From positions 56,792,001 to 56,856,000 of the forward strand of contig OZ024748.1 of NCBI GenBank assembly GCA_964016885.1: a stretch of DNA of 64,000 nt. The letters are read 5' to 3'. Shown piece by piece: positions 45,514 to 60,797 of this stretch. Under the pieces are notes generated by a model that saw only the letters and a list, made by a program, of their open reading frames with translations, did not search any database and was not told the origin of the DNA. The DNA is from Eledone cirrhosa (taxonomy: Eukaryota). How positions within the stretch are numbered: the first letter of the stretch is position 1; every line of letters begins with the position of its first letter. Made by a program: the position numbers and the translations under genes.

Positions 45514-45518
45514 GCATA

Positions 45519-45585
<67 letters not shown>

Positions 45586-46105
45586 ACAGCTACTGAGAAC
45601 GAGAGAGAGGGAGAGAGATAAATAGATAGAGATAGAGAGAGAGAGATTGAGAATGAGATAAATGAGATATAGATAGATAAATAGATAGATATATATATAT
45701 ATAGATATATACATATAAATCCATATATATGATTGTGCATGTATATATGTATGTTCTTGTGGATGTCATTGAGGCACTACATGCATTTATGTTCTATAAA
45801 TTGAAAACCAATTCCGCACCTGCACGCTATGTTTTAATTAGTTTCTCTACTTCTTTTTGTCCTTAGCCTTTTTCCAGATTCTCATTCGTCTTTGCTTTTA
45901 TTTTTCCCGTGCGTCTCTGTCTTTCTTCCACGACTTTGTTCCATCGCTTCATCTATTTTGTTCTCTCTCTATATATACTTGATTATTATAATCTGTTATT
46001 TCCTATCGCTGTTTATACACACACACGTATACATATTCGTGTATTACTTTGTACATATATTATATATTACGTATATTTTATTTATATAATGTAATATATA
46101 ACTGC

Positions 46106-46164
<59 letters not shown>

Positions 46165-46325
46165 TATATATATATGTGTGTGTGTGTGTGTATATATATG
46201 TGTGTGTGTGTATATATGTGTGTGTGTGTGTGTGTATATATGTGTGTGTGCGTGTGTCTGTATATATGTGTCTGTGTGTGTGTGTTTGCGTGTATATGTG
46301 TGTGTGTGTGTATGTGTGTGTATCT

Positions 46326-46450
46326 AAAAGATAAACAGAAATAACGACACAATCCGTACAGTATATGGAAGGAATATATCATGTTAACGCTTGAAATACC
46401 AGGAAGAGGGACTTAACGTTTCGGACGCTAGTCCTTCATCAGAAGAATTA
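46326..46450 (-). mobile_element. family E Penelope-like terminus
   Basis: Homologous to 17871-17980 and adjacent to a (TG/TA)n tract. Confidence 0.7.
46412..46445 (-). ncRNA. minimal (dimer-type) hammerhead ribozyme
   Basis: CUU-CUGAUGA-a-GGAC(uagc)GUCC-GAAACGUU-AAG. Palindromic loopless stem III, as in Penelope-like element HHRs. Confidence 0.75.
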
Positions 46451-47102
46451 ATGAGATATAAGATAGATTGTAGGGACGGGTGGGTTGGAATTGGATAAAA
46501 TGTCCTTAGATAAAATTAACAGGTCCCTTCATGTTGATAAATATATATATATATATATATGTCTACAGACACACACACACAGACATATATATAGATAGAT
46601 AGATATATACGTGTATGTGTAGTTGGATAGATAGATTAATTGACAAATTGATATATAGGTAGCTATCCAGGGGCACATTGGTGCTTGCTTCTGTGCTTCA
46701 ATTTATATAACAAGAACAAACATACTCTGTACAAACATGGATATATAAAACAGTTCTTCGGTTTTGCGTTCTTTCACTGGCCACGACATTGGCCTCCACG
46801 TATATAAGACATAGTGTTTAGAAGAAAATATTCCAGAACAGTCTAATAACTGAAACAAGAAAATGAATATTAAAATGTTTGTTGGATCGATTTCGACAAT
46901 GAGCGTTCCATTTGTTCGAAAAATGGAAACCACTTACAAATTATTGGGTCGTCAAATATGAAACTTGTAGAAATTAGTAGAAACAAAATATATTTCTACA
47001 AATTTGATACTTGATGACAAAATAGTTTGTGGCCTATCATTCGTCACACACCTGCATCCATAACGTAGTTCCCGAAATTTAGCTTGAGAAAATGTGTGTG
47101 AC

Positions 47103-47203
47103 CTGAAGTGTCTTGTTCAAGAACAAAACGTGCTGCCAGGAATCGAACTCCTTACTTTATGGTCTTCAGATGAACACTCTAATCCGTAAGTCATGTACCT
47201 TCA
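47103..47203 (-). mobile_element. SINE family 2, 5' tRNA-like head
   Basis: The minus strand reads GTGAAGGTACATGACTTACGGATTAG (A-box-like)...GAGTTCGATTCC...TTCTTGAACAAGACACTT. Confidence 0.65.
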
Positions 47204-48089
47204 CACACACATGTCTTTATTCAGCTATATGCATGCAGAGATTCGTGACGCCTGAGGAAGTCGTAGGACTACCGTATTGACAAACTGCATTTATAGGATA
47301 TTTTTAAACCTGGCAGAGCCCATCACTTATCTAAGTCTGAACACAGCAGATTTCTTCCTGAGAAGGATAGAGCGAGATAAGGAGGAAACATATGTAGGTG
47401 AAGAATCGTACTAAGTACAAGACGGCTATTTTTCTATTGATCTCGAATGCAAGCAGGAAAGGCAAATTTAACCTCGATGTGATTTGAATTAAGAGAGCAG
47501 ATCGGAAACGAATACCACAAAACAATCTAACCGAGGTTCTAACGAATCTGCCAATTCGTCACCTATATTCATTTATATACATACACACATATATTCATAA
47601 CCTTAGCGTCTGATAAATTTCCTTCTTCGAATAATACACACAGACTCACACAAGATTAGCGCTTCGTTATGATTGCTACCACCACTACAGTTACCACTAC
47701 CCCTACCACTTACAACATACTGCTATGACAATGCATATACCACACCCAAATCCTCTACTACCAATTCACAGGTACTCACATATACACACACAAAGTTACG
47801 TACAATCACATACACATACTCTTATCGTAATAATTGTTTTATATACAAACTCTAAATGCCACACTAAAACGTTGTGACAACGGCAGCAATTACTGTCCAG
47901 TGAAGGGTGAAATTTGCTCACACAACTTACAGAGTCTGCAGTTGGAACTATCCAATGAAATGGAAGGTAAATCACATGACAGTGATGGCGACGGTATAGA
48001 TAACTACATTGATGTTGAGGGTGGAGGCGAAGGTGAGGAGGTGAGGATGGCGGTGGCGGCTTCATAATATGGACTACTGTGATTTACAA

Positions 48090-48522
48090 CAATGATAGTG
48101 ATGATGATGGAGATGATGATGATGATGATGATGATGATGATAGGTAGAGGTGATAGTGGTGAAGATGGCATTGATCAGTAGCATGTAGAACGAGTACAAG
48201 ATGTGTTTTGTAAGAAATTGGAGCAACCATTTTTGTGTTGTTGCTGCAGTTGCTGTCGCTGCTGTTACTGTTGTTGTTATTGTTGCTGTTGCTGTTGTTG
48301 TTGTTATTGCTGTTGTTGTTGTTGTTATATTATCATTGTTATCGTTATGATGAAGATTATGAATGTTGTGTTTGTGATAAAAGAAAGAAACGTGCTGATG
48401 ACACATATATTGACGATTGTGATGATGATGGTGATGGTGATGATGATGACAATAATGATGACGATGATGATGACGACGATAATTATGACGACGACGATGA
48501 TGATGATGATGATGATGATGAT
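48090..48522. repeat. (GAT)n/(GTT)n microsatellite cluster
   Basis: Read directly. Confidence 0.9.
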
Positions 48523-49195
48523 AGCAGTTGCATGATTGGGGGAATAGCTAGCTACCTATCCAGGTGTATGATTTTAGTTCAGAATTGTACTACGTACACT
48601 GATGTAAATAATTTAATGTACGAGATATTTAATTCCGCAGAAGATGGGGAGATAACTTAGGGTGAGTCAAGTTCATTCAGGGTGAAGAAGAAGAAGGAGA
48701 AGAAGTAGAAAATGAAAACAACAAAAACAACAAGAATTACATGAAAAGAAGAAGAAAAGCAACAGCAACAAAAATTAAATGAGAAGAAGAAGAAGAAGAA
48801 GAAGAAGAAACAGTGTAGTGGTATAATAATTTTATCCTAGTACTAATACGATTGGTCTTACACAGATATAAGTCCAAGGATTTATTAAGGAGATGAAATA
48901 GGATTACGTGGCAATAGTATGTTTCTTAACTGGATTAACGTTCTATGTGAAACGAAATGGTTACAACGGAAGCGGAAATAGGATTGCTGACTTGGCTTAT
49001 ACCGAGTAGCTTTCTTTATTCTGCACTAGTAGAGAGGTTTAAGTGGGTCCTTTGTAACTACTGGTGATCAAAAATATATTGTTATGCTATGTCCAACGCT
49101 TCCAGTGTGTAAGAAAGGATTTTCAATTTAGTGTTAATTCAGACTATAAATTGATACATGGAAGTGTATGATATTCAAATCGATTAAATATACCT

Positions 49196-49337
49196 CAGTT
49201 CATTACTGGTACTTTATTTTATTGACGTAGTAAAGATGAAAGGGAAAGATAAATTCGGCAGGATTTAAACTCAGATCGGAAAGGGCCATAAATCTAAGCT
49301 ATGAAGTATGGCGTCCGGCGTTCGACCGATACTGCCA
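49196..49337 (-). mobile_element. SINE family 1, older diverged copy
   Basis: CATTACTGGTACTTTATTTTA...GGATTTAAACTCAGA...ACCGATACTGCCA. Confidence 0.75.
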
Positions 49338-51304
49338 GGAAAGAGAATTTAGTAGAAAGCAAACATTGCTTTGGGCTTTATATCTCTCGCCAGTATTGAA
49401 AAGGTTAAATAGATTCCAAACATGACCATCTTGTGTTTTTCCTTGTTTGTTTTTTGTTGTTGTATATCCACTATATACATTGGTCAATGTGTATTTTCTT
49501 TTTTCAAAGGTAGAGAGTAATTTGCGAGAATCTCTTTACTATTTTTAGTGAGGTTAGTGTTCTGCTATGAGGCTTCTTTCTTTGAATACTTGTTTTGTAA
49601 AACTAACGAAAGATGACATTTCTTGCCGTATTATACAAAATATAGACGTTGTATCTCCCGTTATACTAATCTGTTAAAAATAACAAAACGTCTGTAAATA
49701 CAATAACCATATATATTTGCATCGTTTTATATGAATGCACATAGGCAGCCGTTTGTACAATAATACACATTTGTCTGTAAGACAATTTTTTATAACTCAT
49801 AAGACTTCTAATCGAAATGGTGGCCATAAATAATCCAATAGTTCTTCACACAATAATTCACCTTTGAAGCTGGTTAGAAAGAAATATGTTATTAATCAAA
49901 TTTTGCGATGCATTTGGAGACCAATTCAAGACAATTCGATTGTCAAAAGGAAAATAAAAAATGGTAATTTGATTGAAATGCCAGTATTTATGCACGAACA
50001 TAATCTTTATCTATTTTTTTACATATATCAAATTGTGAACACTAAGTAGTTTCTTTTTGTAAGATACGTATTTTTATATCTACTGACATTGTTACTATGT
50101 TGCATATTATTTATACTATTTCTGCTTCAAGTAAGTTATAATAACAATATAAACTTGTATAATGTCGCTCGATCATGTGTATAGTTCGGATCTTATAGAT
50201 CATATGGATTTTATATATCTATATCTATTCTTATGGGTCTAATATCATATATGTATTGAATATCACCAGAAATGCTTTTATAAATAAACTAAATATGTAT
50301 AGAATAGTAAAAAAACAAAAGCAACTAGTCTTTGGTTTGTTGCTACACTATTGGTGGATAATATTGGTATGTAGACATTTTATATATAGAAATTATGTGA
50401 TACGTTCTGAATGGCAATAAAATGAATGCCTTTTAGAAAAATGATCTCATAGTTCTCTGTATTACATACATAACAATGTTTACAATTCTTGGCATAAGTG
50501 TTAAGCATGGATAAGATAAACACTTTTCAAGCGAAAGGAAACGAAGTAATGTTCGACAACGATATAGTAGGCCGGAAAGGTTTGATTTCTTTTACTGTAG
50601 TTTCTGGTATGTTCGAGATGATTATAACCAAAGTTAAACTGATTCGAATTTTAACATGTATATGTTCTCAATATATTACTAAGGCAGTGGATTTGTAAAT
50701 GAATCAACATGTACGTAATATTTATTCAACATCAAAAGGGTAAATGACAAAGTTTACCTCGATTGGGATTCAAGCAGTGAGCCGTATCACATAACGAAAC
50801 ATTTAATTCGACCCCTTAACTAGCCTGCCCAATACTTGATTCCATATAATATATATTTCATAACAGAGACATAGGATTACTCTCGGCTAGATTCAATTCT
50901 GTGTTCAGATGTCATAAATGAGCGAGTTCCAGCAAGATGTTGCTTGTAACCCAGAACTGATTAACAGAGTTGCATATATAGAGCAAAACTCCTTTCGATT
51001 ACTACGTTAATTTATGTTTTGTTTCAGTTCACTACCATACTACAGATTATACAGTATTTATAGAGTTTAACCAACGCAATATCTCTTTGCAGATGTAGAC
51101 ATCATGCATCTATATATAATATATTCGTAGACAGTCAAGATAACTGCCAATAAAAGGGTATATATGCAAAATCGGTTCATCTGATGTCCTTCAACATTTA
51201 GAAATAGATGAAACTAATACTGTCCATGCATGTCTTCCTGTCCATGAAGATGACTCGTATAAAGACAAGGTATTAACATATGACAAGTATATACAGCGTT
51301 TGTT

Positions 51305-51381
<77 letters not shown>

Positions 51382-54300
51382 TCTCTCTCTATCTATCTAT
51401 CTATCTATATGTATGTATATATATATATATGTATGTATAAGCAGAATAAATGGAGGAGAAGGCAGTACATTTACAAAAAGCATACTTTACATTTTACACG
51501 GTGTTTCATCCATTATAATTCTTTCTCTATCCTCACTCGTATGATACATGTTTATTCTTTGATATTTATATATAATTTCCTACTATATTAAGCGTGAAAC
51601 TAATGTATATCTTCATTTTACTACATCGTCTGTCGAGCTTTATTTTTGTTTACTCTCCATATATATATATAAGGAAGGTAATGTTTACGTTGATAAATAA
51701 GTAGACGCACAGATAAATATTATGGTCGACAGAACGAGGGCTGAATGAATCAGCTGTGTAAGAGGCGTGGATAATAGTAGGTTCTGTATCCAATCCTTAA
51801 GGGACGAAATATATAGAATGATCAGCATAGTATTTGCACAGGTATGTCACCATTTACCCTGTTTCTACACCTTCTAAAACTGGAGACAACAGCAATGTTT
51901 AATCGGGTTACAAATTGTTTCGATTAGCTAAGCTTGTACGTTCATGTAACATCCATATGTAATTGTATTCTGAGCTGTACGATACTTTTTATTAGTAAGC
52001 AAACCGAGTAAATAAATATTCGGGGACCCTGGGTTCAAAGTGAAATAATGCATTATTTGATATCTACATTACTCTACTCACAAAAGGGCAGAAAGCGGTC
52101 CAGCTTTAGTTCAATACCGTATTGAATCTATTTGATTTCATTATAACGCGCTATTTACAACAGATAATAGATCAGAGACGTTAGTGTTGTGACGCTTAAT
52201 GGATTCGGCTATGGCTTATTGACCTCTTGAATTTGAAATCGAATCAACCCTTGCCAGCCACCCAACCTACACATTACCACACTAATACTATAAATACTAC
52301 TACCACTACAACTGCTACCATACAGCCACCCATATATCATATCTCTCTTTCCTTCTATTTTGCTTTCTTTCACTTTCTCTAGTGCTTTATCTCAATTTCT
52401 CTTTCCCCCTCTCTCTGTGTATCTCTCAACGTTCTTTTTCTCTCTCTGTCTATTTGTGTGGGTGTATGTTTCTCTCTCACATTCTTTCTCTTAATGTCTG
52501 CTTCAAACTATGCTTCTCTTTCTCTTTCTTTCCTTCCTTCTGCTTAACAAAAGTCATCAAATATGATAACATCAATTTTGCCTTATTCCAATATCCTCTA
52601 CGAAAATATTCTCCCAGCTGAGTTTGTTCTGTAAAGCTGGACAATGGGCGATTAAATAATTATGCACTGCCATTGTAATGTCAGGTCACGTGAGAGAACG
52701 GCGACACATTGCAGAGAAATCCATTTGGTACGTACACTTACTTAGCTTTTAGTGAAGTAGTAACAGTAGTTATTTGAAAATTTGATTTTCTATTTGCTAT
52801 TTGTGTTTGCTATTTACTGTTTGCTATTTGTTGAGAAATCGCTTATCGAACATCAGGTCTGAATCGAAATTAATTCATATTTATTTTCATAATATAAATA
52901 ATAAGCTGTGATATAGTTCTAGGAATCTAAAGGAAGCTAAATCATCTGGCGTTCGACTAAAAGCTTCCTCAGTGGGCGACGAATATGCGTTAACAAGTAA
53001 GACTTAACAAGTGACCGTTAACTAGTGCGTTTTGACATGCGAAATATACCTAACAAACCCACATACACAAAAGAAAGATTGAGTGAGTGGTCAAATATGT
53101 TGGTAGTGGCTGTGGTCAGGTTTGTAAGTAGCGAGGCTGATATGTAGTGCTAATTGAAGTGGTGAGAGTGCAGTTTGGTGGAGGCAATAGTGCTAGTGAT
53201 GGCTGCGATGATAGCATCAGTAAAGATGATGAATGTTTAAGAAGGGGAAGAATGAGGAGCAAAATAATTGTAAGATGTATATATATAATTGTTGTTGTTA
53301 AACCCAAGGTGAACGCTTGGTAAGCAGATATATTATCAGTGGGGCCTTTTTATACCAAGTGCAATTTAGGCTTTTATCGGACATCCAATCTCTACGAGTA
53401 CTTTATTGTGCACCACATTTAAAAACATTAATAAATGATTTAAGGATATTTGCTTTGTATATCTACCTGGCTGAGACAACAAATAGAAGCACTTTTCTAG
53501 TGTATGATGGCCTTATATAAACCTCGAATTTGTTCTTTCCTTTAATTAACAAATATATTTGTGCTGCTTCTGTTGACTCAGTATTTTGCCATGCCAGTAG
53601 CTTGTATATTATAACTGGCATTAGTTTTAATTGCAATGAGAATGCAGCAGTCTACTGCTTCAGATCATCATATTTCGTCAGAAATGTGGAAAAAGAAAAG
53701 CGTTGATGACTTACGACCAAAGTGATATTATCATGTTATCTCTCTATGTTACTATTACATGGAATATGCGAAGTAGACACATGCAACATCCTAGAAGCAT
53801 TAGACTAATGAAGCGAACTGAAAAAAATATATGAAATGCCAACTGCATCATCATTGCGAAAATAATCCGTCTCAAACTCTTCTGAAACTGGATGCGTTAA
53901 AATCCATAGCAAATATTCTCCAGGCATCAGTAAATGGAATCTATTGTCATAGATATTACATTCTTGTATCCAGGCTAAGATTTGTATGCATTAAATAACC
54001 TTATGAGCAAGTACATTGCTGTATATTAATATCATTTGAATGACAAGACACAGAAAACTGGCTCTTGGATTTGAAGGTACATTCAACCCACGTTCATTAT
54101 GTCACGTGGATATAGAAACTTCCTAATTTAATGCTACTATGATGTTTAAAACACATTACTCATTTGGAAATATAACCGTGAGTAGAAGCAACATGGTTAA
54201 ACACAAGTCCAATTAAGGAATTCTGCAATGGGAATAGATCAGTTTGAAAAGTTAGTTACATTCGTCTTATATCACATTGTACCCGTTTGGAAATGAAAGA

Positions 54301-54897
54301 TATACATGCTGGTCACTCTTGAATCGCTTTTCAACTCAGGGATGCTCGGTTATGACTGAATAGGAATTAATGAACAATAGTTATTACTAAATTGGAACTC
54401 TACAGTTAACGTACTTTGGAATCACTTGAACAAAAAAAAACCTCAAAACGCGAACATCTATATTACATCATATCTAATTTAATTTATATTAATAAGATTT
54501 AATATAATTTAACTCGTATTTCATAGAAGTTTCTAGAATTAGACATTAATAACATATTGTCTGAAACATCTGAATCTGTTCACAATTCTTTTGGAAACTT
54601 GAACATCTCATTTAAAGACATTAAGTTTTTGTAGATTAAGCTAGATATTTTTGCGGATATTAAAGAATTATATATTATATAGTATTATATTTTATTTTGT
54701 TATATGATTTATTCAAACATATTGTTATTTATGAACAAACCGTACACATTTCCCCACACTAACAAGGGTACACACATATATACACATATACATATGGATT
54801 TACGCGATGCATTTCACTAAATTTGTACAAATGAATTAAATTGTTAAAATATACGCATATACGCACAATAATACGAAATGCAGGCACACATAAATAC

Positions 54898-54930
<33 letters not shown>

Positions 54931-57116
54931 TTATATATGTATGTACATATGTGTACACAAACAAACAACCGTACATAAACAAACAACCACCCTATATATA
55001 TATATGGGGTGGTTGTTTGTGTATACATATGTACATAGATACATACATACATATATGTATATATATAAAAATATATAATTTTTATAATTACTGATTACGT
55101 TTCTAGAAGGATGATGTAATGTATTGTATTATACATATATAAACAATACGTATTTTTCTAAGTGGCATGACAATCTTGTAAAACCGAGATAAAGTTAAAA
55201 AAATCATTAAACGGAAACTATATTCTTAGAGCTTAAACTTAAAACTTTTCAGATTTAGGTCATTTCATTTGAAATATCTGTTCAGCTCTTCAAAATCTTT
55301 GATATATTTCCTTTCTCATTTTGCTATTCATTTTCTTGTCTTTTTGTTAGGTTTTAATTTTGTTTATGTTTTTTTTTCTATTTATTTATTATTTTTTTTC
55401 ATATTTTAAAGAAAAATCAAATGTCAGAATTTTGATATTATCTAATAATAATTAGATTTTTATTTTTGAAAACAAGTAAGCAAAGCATATAACACAAACG
55501 TAATTTTATTAAATTTTAATTTTTTTTTTTGCTTTTTTAAATAATAATAATAATGATAATAATAATAACGATAACGATGTCAAATAAAACCATATATGTG
55601 AAGTTTTGTAAAACTTTATTATTCGATTCTGTAATGTAAGCTTGTCTAAAGTTTGGCACGTATAAATAATGAGCGTAACTAGCCGCAGGCGTCATTTAAA
55701 GTTTTCGGCTTCGTTTCTCAGTTTTTTTTTTTAACGTTGTTGTTGCTTTTTTCGTATTATATTATTTTTTTTATTTTCCACAGCAAAAATCTAAGATAAT
55801 ATTTAACATGTACAAGGTTAAACGAATTATAAGCTTTGTTGTTATTACTACGCTGCTCTTATATTAGATTATTGTAGAAATCTAAATAGATTTAATAGAA
55901 TAGATTTCATAATTTTGTGTAAGTGTGGGTGTGCTTTTTTCTAAATTGTATTCTCTCTTCTCTCTCTTTCTCTTTTTCTTTCTCTCTTTCTTTCTTCTTT
56001 GCTATGCAAAACATAAAGTTTTACACAGTGCTACGGGTGTGTTATTGAAGTAATAATAATGACAATAATAATGTTGCCTTTGTGAAACCACTGTGGCATT
56101 TCATATATTTAGGCTCTTATTGCTATATTCATCACATTCAATATAGATATGATTTTTATAAATATATTGAATCAAAGAAGAATATTATTTACTGTATACT
56201 AATATGCACACACGCTATCTCACACACATACACGTACTTATAGGTGTGTGCGTGTGTATGTTTTTATGCCTGCGTATGCGTAAACATGTTTATGATATAT
56301 TCATGTATAATGTGTATGTAGGCGAGTTTCCGTTCGTCTATATATGTATAGGAGCTTGTGTTTGGGTGCATTTCTATACATTCAAATTAAATATATTGTG
56401 TGAGATATATTACTGCACGAAGTGCTGTGAAAAATTTACTTGTTTGCCCAGCTCGATATGCAGTTGTTATTTGGAGGATGTATTGTGGGTGTCTGTCCAT
56501 GTTTGTTAATTACGAAAGCTGTTTCTATCTAGCCTCGCAGAGTGTAATTACATTTTGTGGGGTATGGCGTTATTTCATTTTGCTTAAAACAGTGACTACA
56601 TTTTCAGCAATCACCCTGAGCAATTGATTATGTTGCCACTGATAGCGGTCTTTCGTTCATTTCGACCTTCAACTGCGAGGGAATTTTCCAAAGAAACTGT
56701 TTCAAAGCATATTGTTCTGGAATGATTATATCAGTTGGCCCAGATGTGATGAAGTTTTCACCTTGTTACAGAATCCTAAAATACCGAGACTAGGAAACGG
56801 ACACGATATATGTTCACCTACATAATATTCAGACAAATAATCCTTCAATGCTTCGCATTCATCGATATCGTTCACACCTCCTACTTTCTAAATCATACCG
56901 GTTACATCATCAATTCTACCTCTTCCTGAATAAAATGCTGTAGCTCTTCATTTTCGGGTTTGCCAGTCTGGGAATTTAAACTACTATTTGCATGAAATAT
57001 ACTAGACCCACATCATAGCTTTCCCTGCTCCTCATTTCCTCTCCAGTTTCACCTTGTTAGTAGCAAACGATTTCGTCTACATTCATCATGTATGGTATAT
57101 TTTGACAGCAGGACCT

Positions 57117-57283
57117 TGGCAGTATCTGTAGAGGGCCGGACGGCATGCTTTGCAGATAAGAGTTACGCCCCTTTCCGGTCTGAGTTCAAATCCCGCCGAG
57201 GTAAACTTTGCTTTTCATTGGTATGGGGTCGATAAATTAGTACCAGTAATGCTGGCCTTTTTTCAAAAGTAGAAACAATTATT
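57117..57283 (+). mobile_element. SINE family 1 copy
   Basis: Matches the consensus with a 3' internal deletion. Confidence 0.85.
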
Positions 57284-57412
57284 TACATGTATAGAGAATA
57301 CAATGTTTGCAGTGCAACACCATCAGGCATTTATGCCTTACTCCGTATTGACATACATTATCAAAGCATTATAACATTTTACATTCCTAAATATGTTTCT
57401 GATGATCACTAT

Positions 57413-57595
57413 CGGCAGTAACGGTAGAGGATCGGACACCATGCTTTGCAGCAAAGAGTTACGGTCCTTTATGGTCTGAGTTCAAATCCCGCCGAGGTTA
57501 CCTTTGCCTTTCATCCTTACGAGGTCGATAAAATAAAGTACCAGTAATACACTGGAATAATCGCTGGCCTTGTGCCAAAAATAGAAACAATTATT
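57413..57595 (+). mobile_element. SINE family 1 copy
   Basis: Matches the consensus. Confidence 0.9.
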
Positions 57596-58489
57596 ACTTA
57601 TGTCAACTTGTAAAGGAAATATGCTTCGCTGATGAAAACAAATAAGATCGAAACATGGTCATAGCTTTCTGTAAGTAGGTTTATAGACAATGCCCACTTA
57701 CCCTGTATTGTCTATAATTGTTCAAAGAATTTTTTAAGCAGCTTTGCCTATGTGTTATATCATCCTTGTTTGTTTTTTCTTCATTACTTGAATGCGCCAA
57801 TAAGAAGAATCACGTTTGAAATTACGAATATTGTCTCCGATGATTAAAGTTTTTTCTCCAATCACCCCATGCAGACAGCGAGATTGTATTATGACATGTG
57901 TGTGTGTAGGTGATAGTGTATGATATACGTGTGTGCAGCTGTATTTGTGTGTGATAGAGTGTGTTTGTGATAGTGTGTGCAGGTATATGTGTGTGTGATA
58001 GATAGTGTGTATATGCGTGTGTTCAGGTTTATGTGTATGTGTGATAGTGTATATATATATGCATGTGTGTGTGTTTGTCATAGTGTGCAAGTGTATGTGT
58101 ATGTGTGAGAGTGTGTTTACATGCGTGTGTGTGTTTGTCATAGTCTGTAAATATGCGTGTGTGCAAGTGTATATGTGTGTGTGCGTTTGTGACAGTGTAT
58201 GTATGTGCGTGTGTGCAAGTCTACGTGTATGTGTGATAGTGTGTGTATATATGTGTGTGTGTGTTTGTGACAGCGTGTGTATGTGTTTTTGTTAGTCGAT
58301 GTAGTCCCGTGTTTATTAAGCCTGATACAAACGCTATAGAGAGTTATAATGAGATTTGGCTGTTTGTTTTTTATGTTCTTATATTCTAGATTGTAAATCT
58401 AACCATGTTTCATATTCAGATATCCAATAGATTTGGTGGCACAAGTGTTATAGCTCTTAATCTAAATCTCACTCACTTCACTCCTTGTG

Positions 58490-58551
<62 letters not shown>

Positions 58552-58664
58552 TACATATACATGTATATATGTATATACATATATATCTATATATACATTC
58601 ATATATATATGCATACATATATTTACATGTATATATGTATATACATATATAGTTATATATACAT

Positions 58665-58709
<45 letters not shown>

Positions 58710-59030
58710 TGTTTGCGTATGAGGGTGCATACATTTCTGTTTAGTTCCAGTCCTGTCCCCCATGAAATGATTGATTACAAGAGAATAATATATTACCAAT
58801 TCAAAACTTACCAATATTTCTGTTTCTTATATATCTCTGTCTATTGCCCTGTTGTTTCCCTATTTTTTCTACTTTGTGTTCATGAGCTTGTCTCCGCCGC
58901 CACCACCACCACCACCACCACCACCACCATGTTTTCGTTCAATCTCTTCTTGTAAACAGAACTGTATACGTCCATATATTCATCATACTGAATATATTCA
59001 CACAAATATATATACATCCATACATACATA

Positions 59031-59096
<66 letters not shown>

Positions 59097-59121
59097 CGTA
59101 TTTACACACACACATACATGT

Positions 59122-59220
<99 letters not shown>

Positions 59221-59512
59221 AATATATATATATATATAACTACATATATAATCAGATGCAGCTTAGAAAAATAGCTTTTTAAGGAAGAACGTAGAAAATA
59301 TATATAATTGAGTTGCGCGCTGAATATATCAATAATGCTTCATTTTATTCCTTGTAAACTCTTACTATTTTTTTTACAATGATTAGTGTAGATTATGAAC
59401 AGAATTAAAGATAGTTATATGAGTTCTCTTCATCTAAAAATGATAACATATTATTGCTCCAGTACATTTGTGTAATTCCCCTTCATCCAATACTAATATT
59501 TATATGTATATA

Positions 59513-59689
59513 AATTGTTTCTACTTTAGGCACAAGGCCATCGATTAACCAGTGCATTACTGGTACTTTATTTTATCGACCCCGTAAGGATGAAAGGCAA
59601 AGTCAACCTCGGCGGGATTTGAACTCAGATCGTAAAGGGACGTAACTATGCTGGAAAGCATGGCGTCAGACCCTCTACCGATACTGGCA
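59513..59689 (-). mobile_element. SINE family 1 copy
   Basis: Reverse complement of the consensus. Confidence 0.9.
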
Positions 59690-60175
59690 AAATGGTTGCA
59701 TCTCAGTTTCGAGAATTACCATCCCGTCAACTTTTTCTTATACATTGGTGCCAGAAACCTTCCTTTGACCCACCAAGCTTCCAATTCCCTTTCTGCATAG
59801 GCTGGAGCAACAGTAAAAAGAATAGCAATATTCACACAACACACGCGAACGACGTTTAGCTCAAGTGATGTTTGAATTTTTTTTTTTAATAAGACGTTAC
59901 AGCGCACCATATAGTCAGTGTTGGCTGTTATGTTGTCGCAGATTTTACATCAGAGTTTTACTTCTCCTAGAATTATGTTCCAACCAAATCAAGGAGACTT
60001 TCACTCCCCGGTAGGCTACCCACGAGTTCCGACACTACACACACACACGTATATATATATATATGGGAATTTATTTATAGTCAATGTGCCATAGAAGACG
60101 CATTAACATATACATATATCTAGCCTACATAGAGCACTCGCTTCTCCTTTACCTTTCCTACGGAAATACTTCATT

Positions 60176-60244
<69 letters not shown>

Positions 60245-60286
60245 ATGTATATATAAGTATATATACATATATATGTACACATATAT

Positions 60287-60354
<68 letters not shown>

Positions 60355-60380
60355 GTATATATATACATACATATATATGT

Positions 60381-60426
<46 letters not shown>

Positions 60427-60429
<3 letters not shown>

Positions 60430-60618
60430 GGAAAATGTTTAACATCAACGGCAGAACTCAAGCCGTTCCGACGGCTATTTCTGGGCCAGAAATAGCCGTC
60501 GAAACGTCTTGAGCTCTGCCGTCGGGGTTAAACACTTTTATATTACCCACTCTACTACCCTAAGTATTGAGTACTCTGGTGCGTTATGGTCAATCTGGTT
60601 CCTTACCACAATCCTTCG

Positions 60619-60620
<2 letters not shown>
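60427..60620 (+). mobile_element. fold-back family A element A5
   Basis: Same architecture. Private paired variants GGCAG/CTGCC, TATTT/AAATA and TTTAAC/GTTAAA. Confidence 0.8.
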
Positions 60621-60684
<64 letters not shown>

Positions 60685-60760
60685 CAGACATACTCATGCA
60701 CATACATTGTCATATATATATATTAATGTAATATACAGATGTATCCATATATATTTGTGT

Positions 60761-60797
<37 letters not shown>

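Noticed and set aside
55590-55760. Possible 3' UTR end on the minus strand (AATAAA near 55615)
   Set aside because: The hexamer is common in AT-rich DNA and no associated coding exon was found.
56900-57095. Possible Tc1 transposase relic on the minus strand (HDECR, GAGKAMMW)
   Set aside because: The motifs are too short and the frames are broken.
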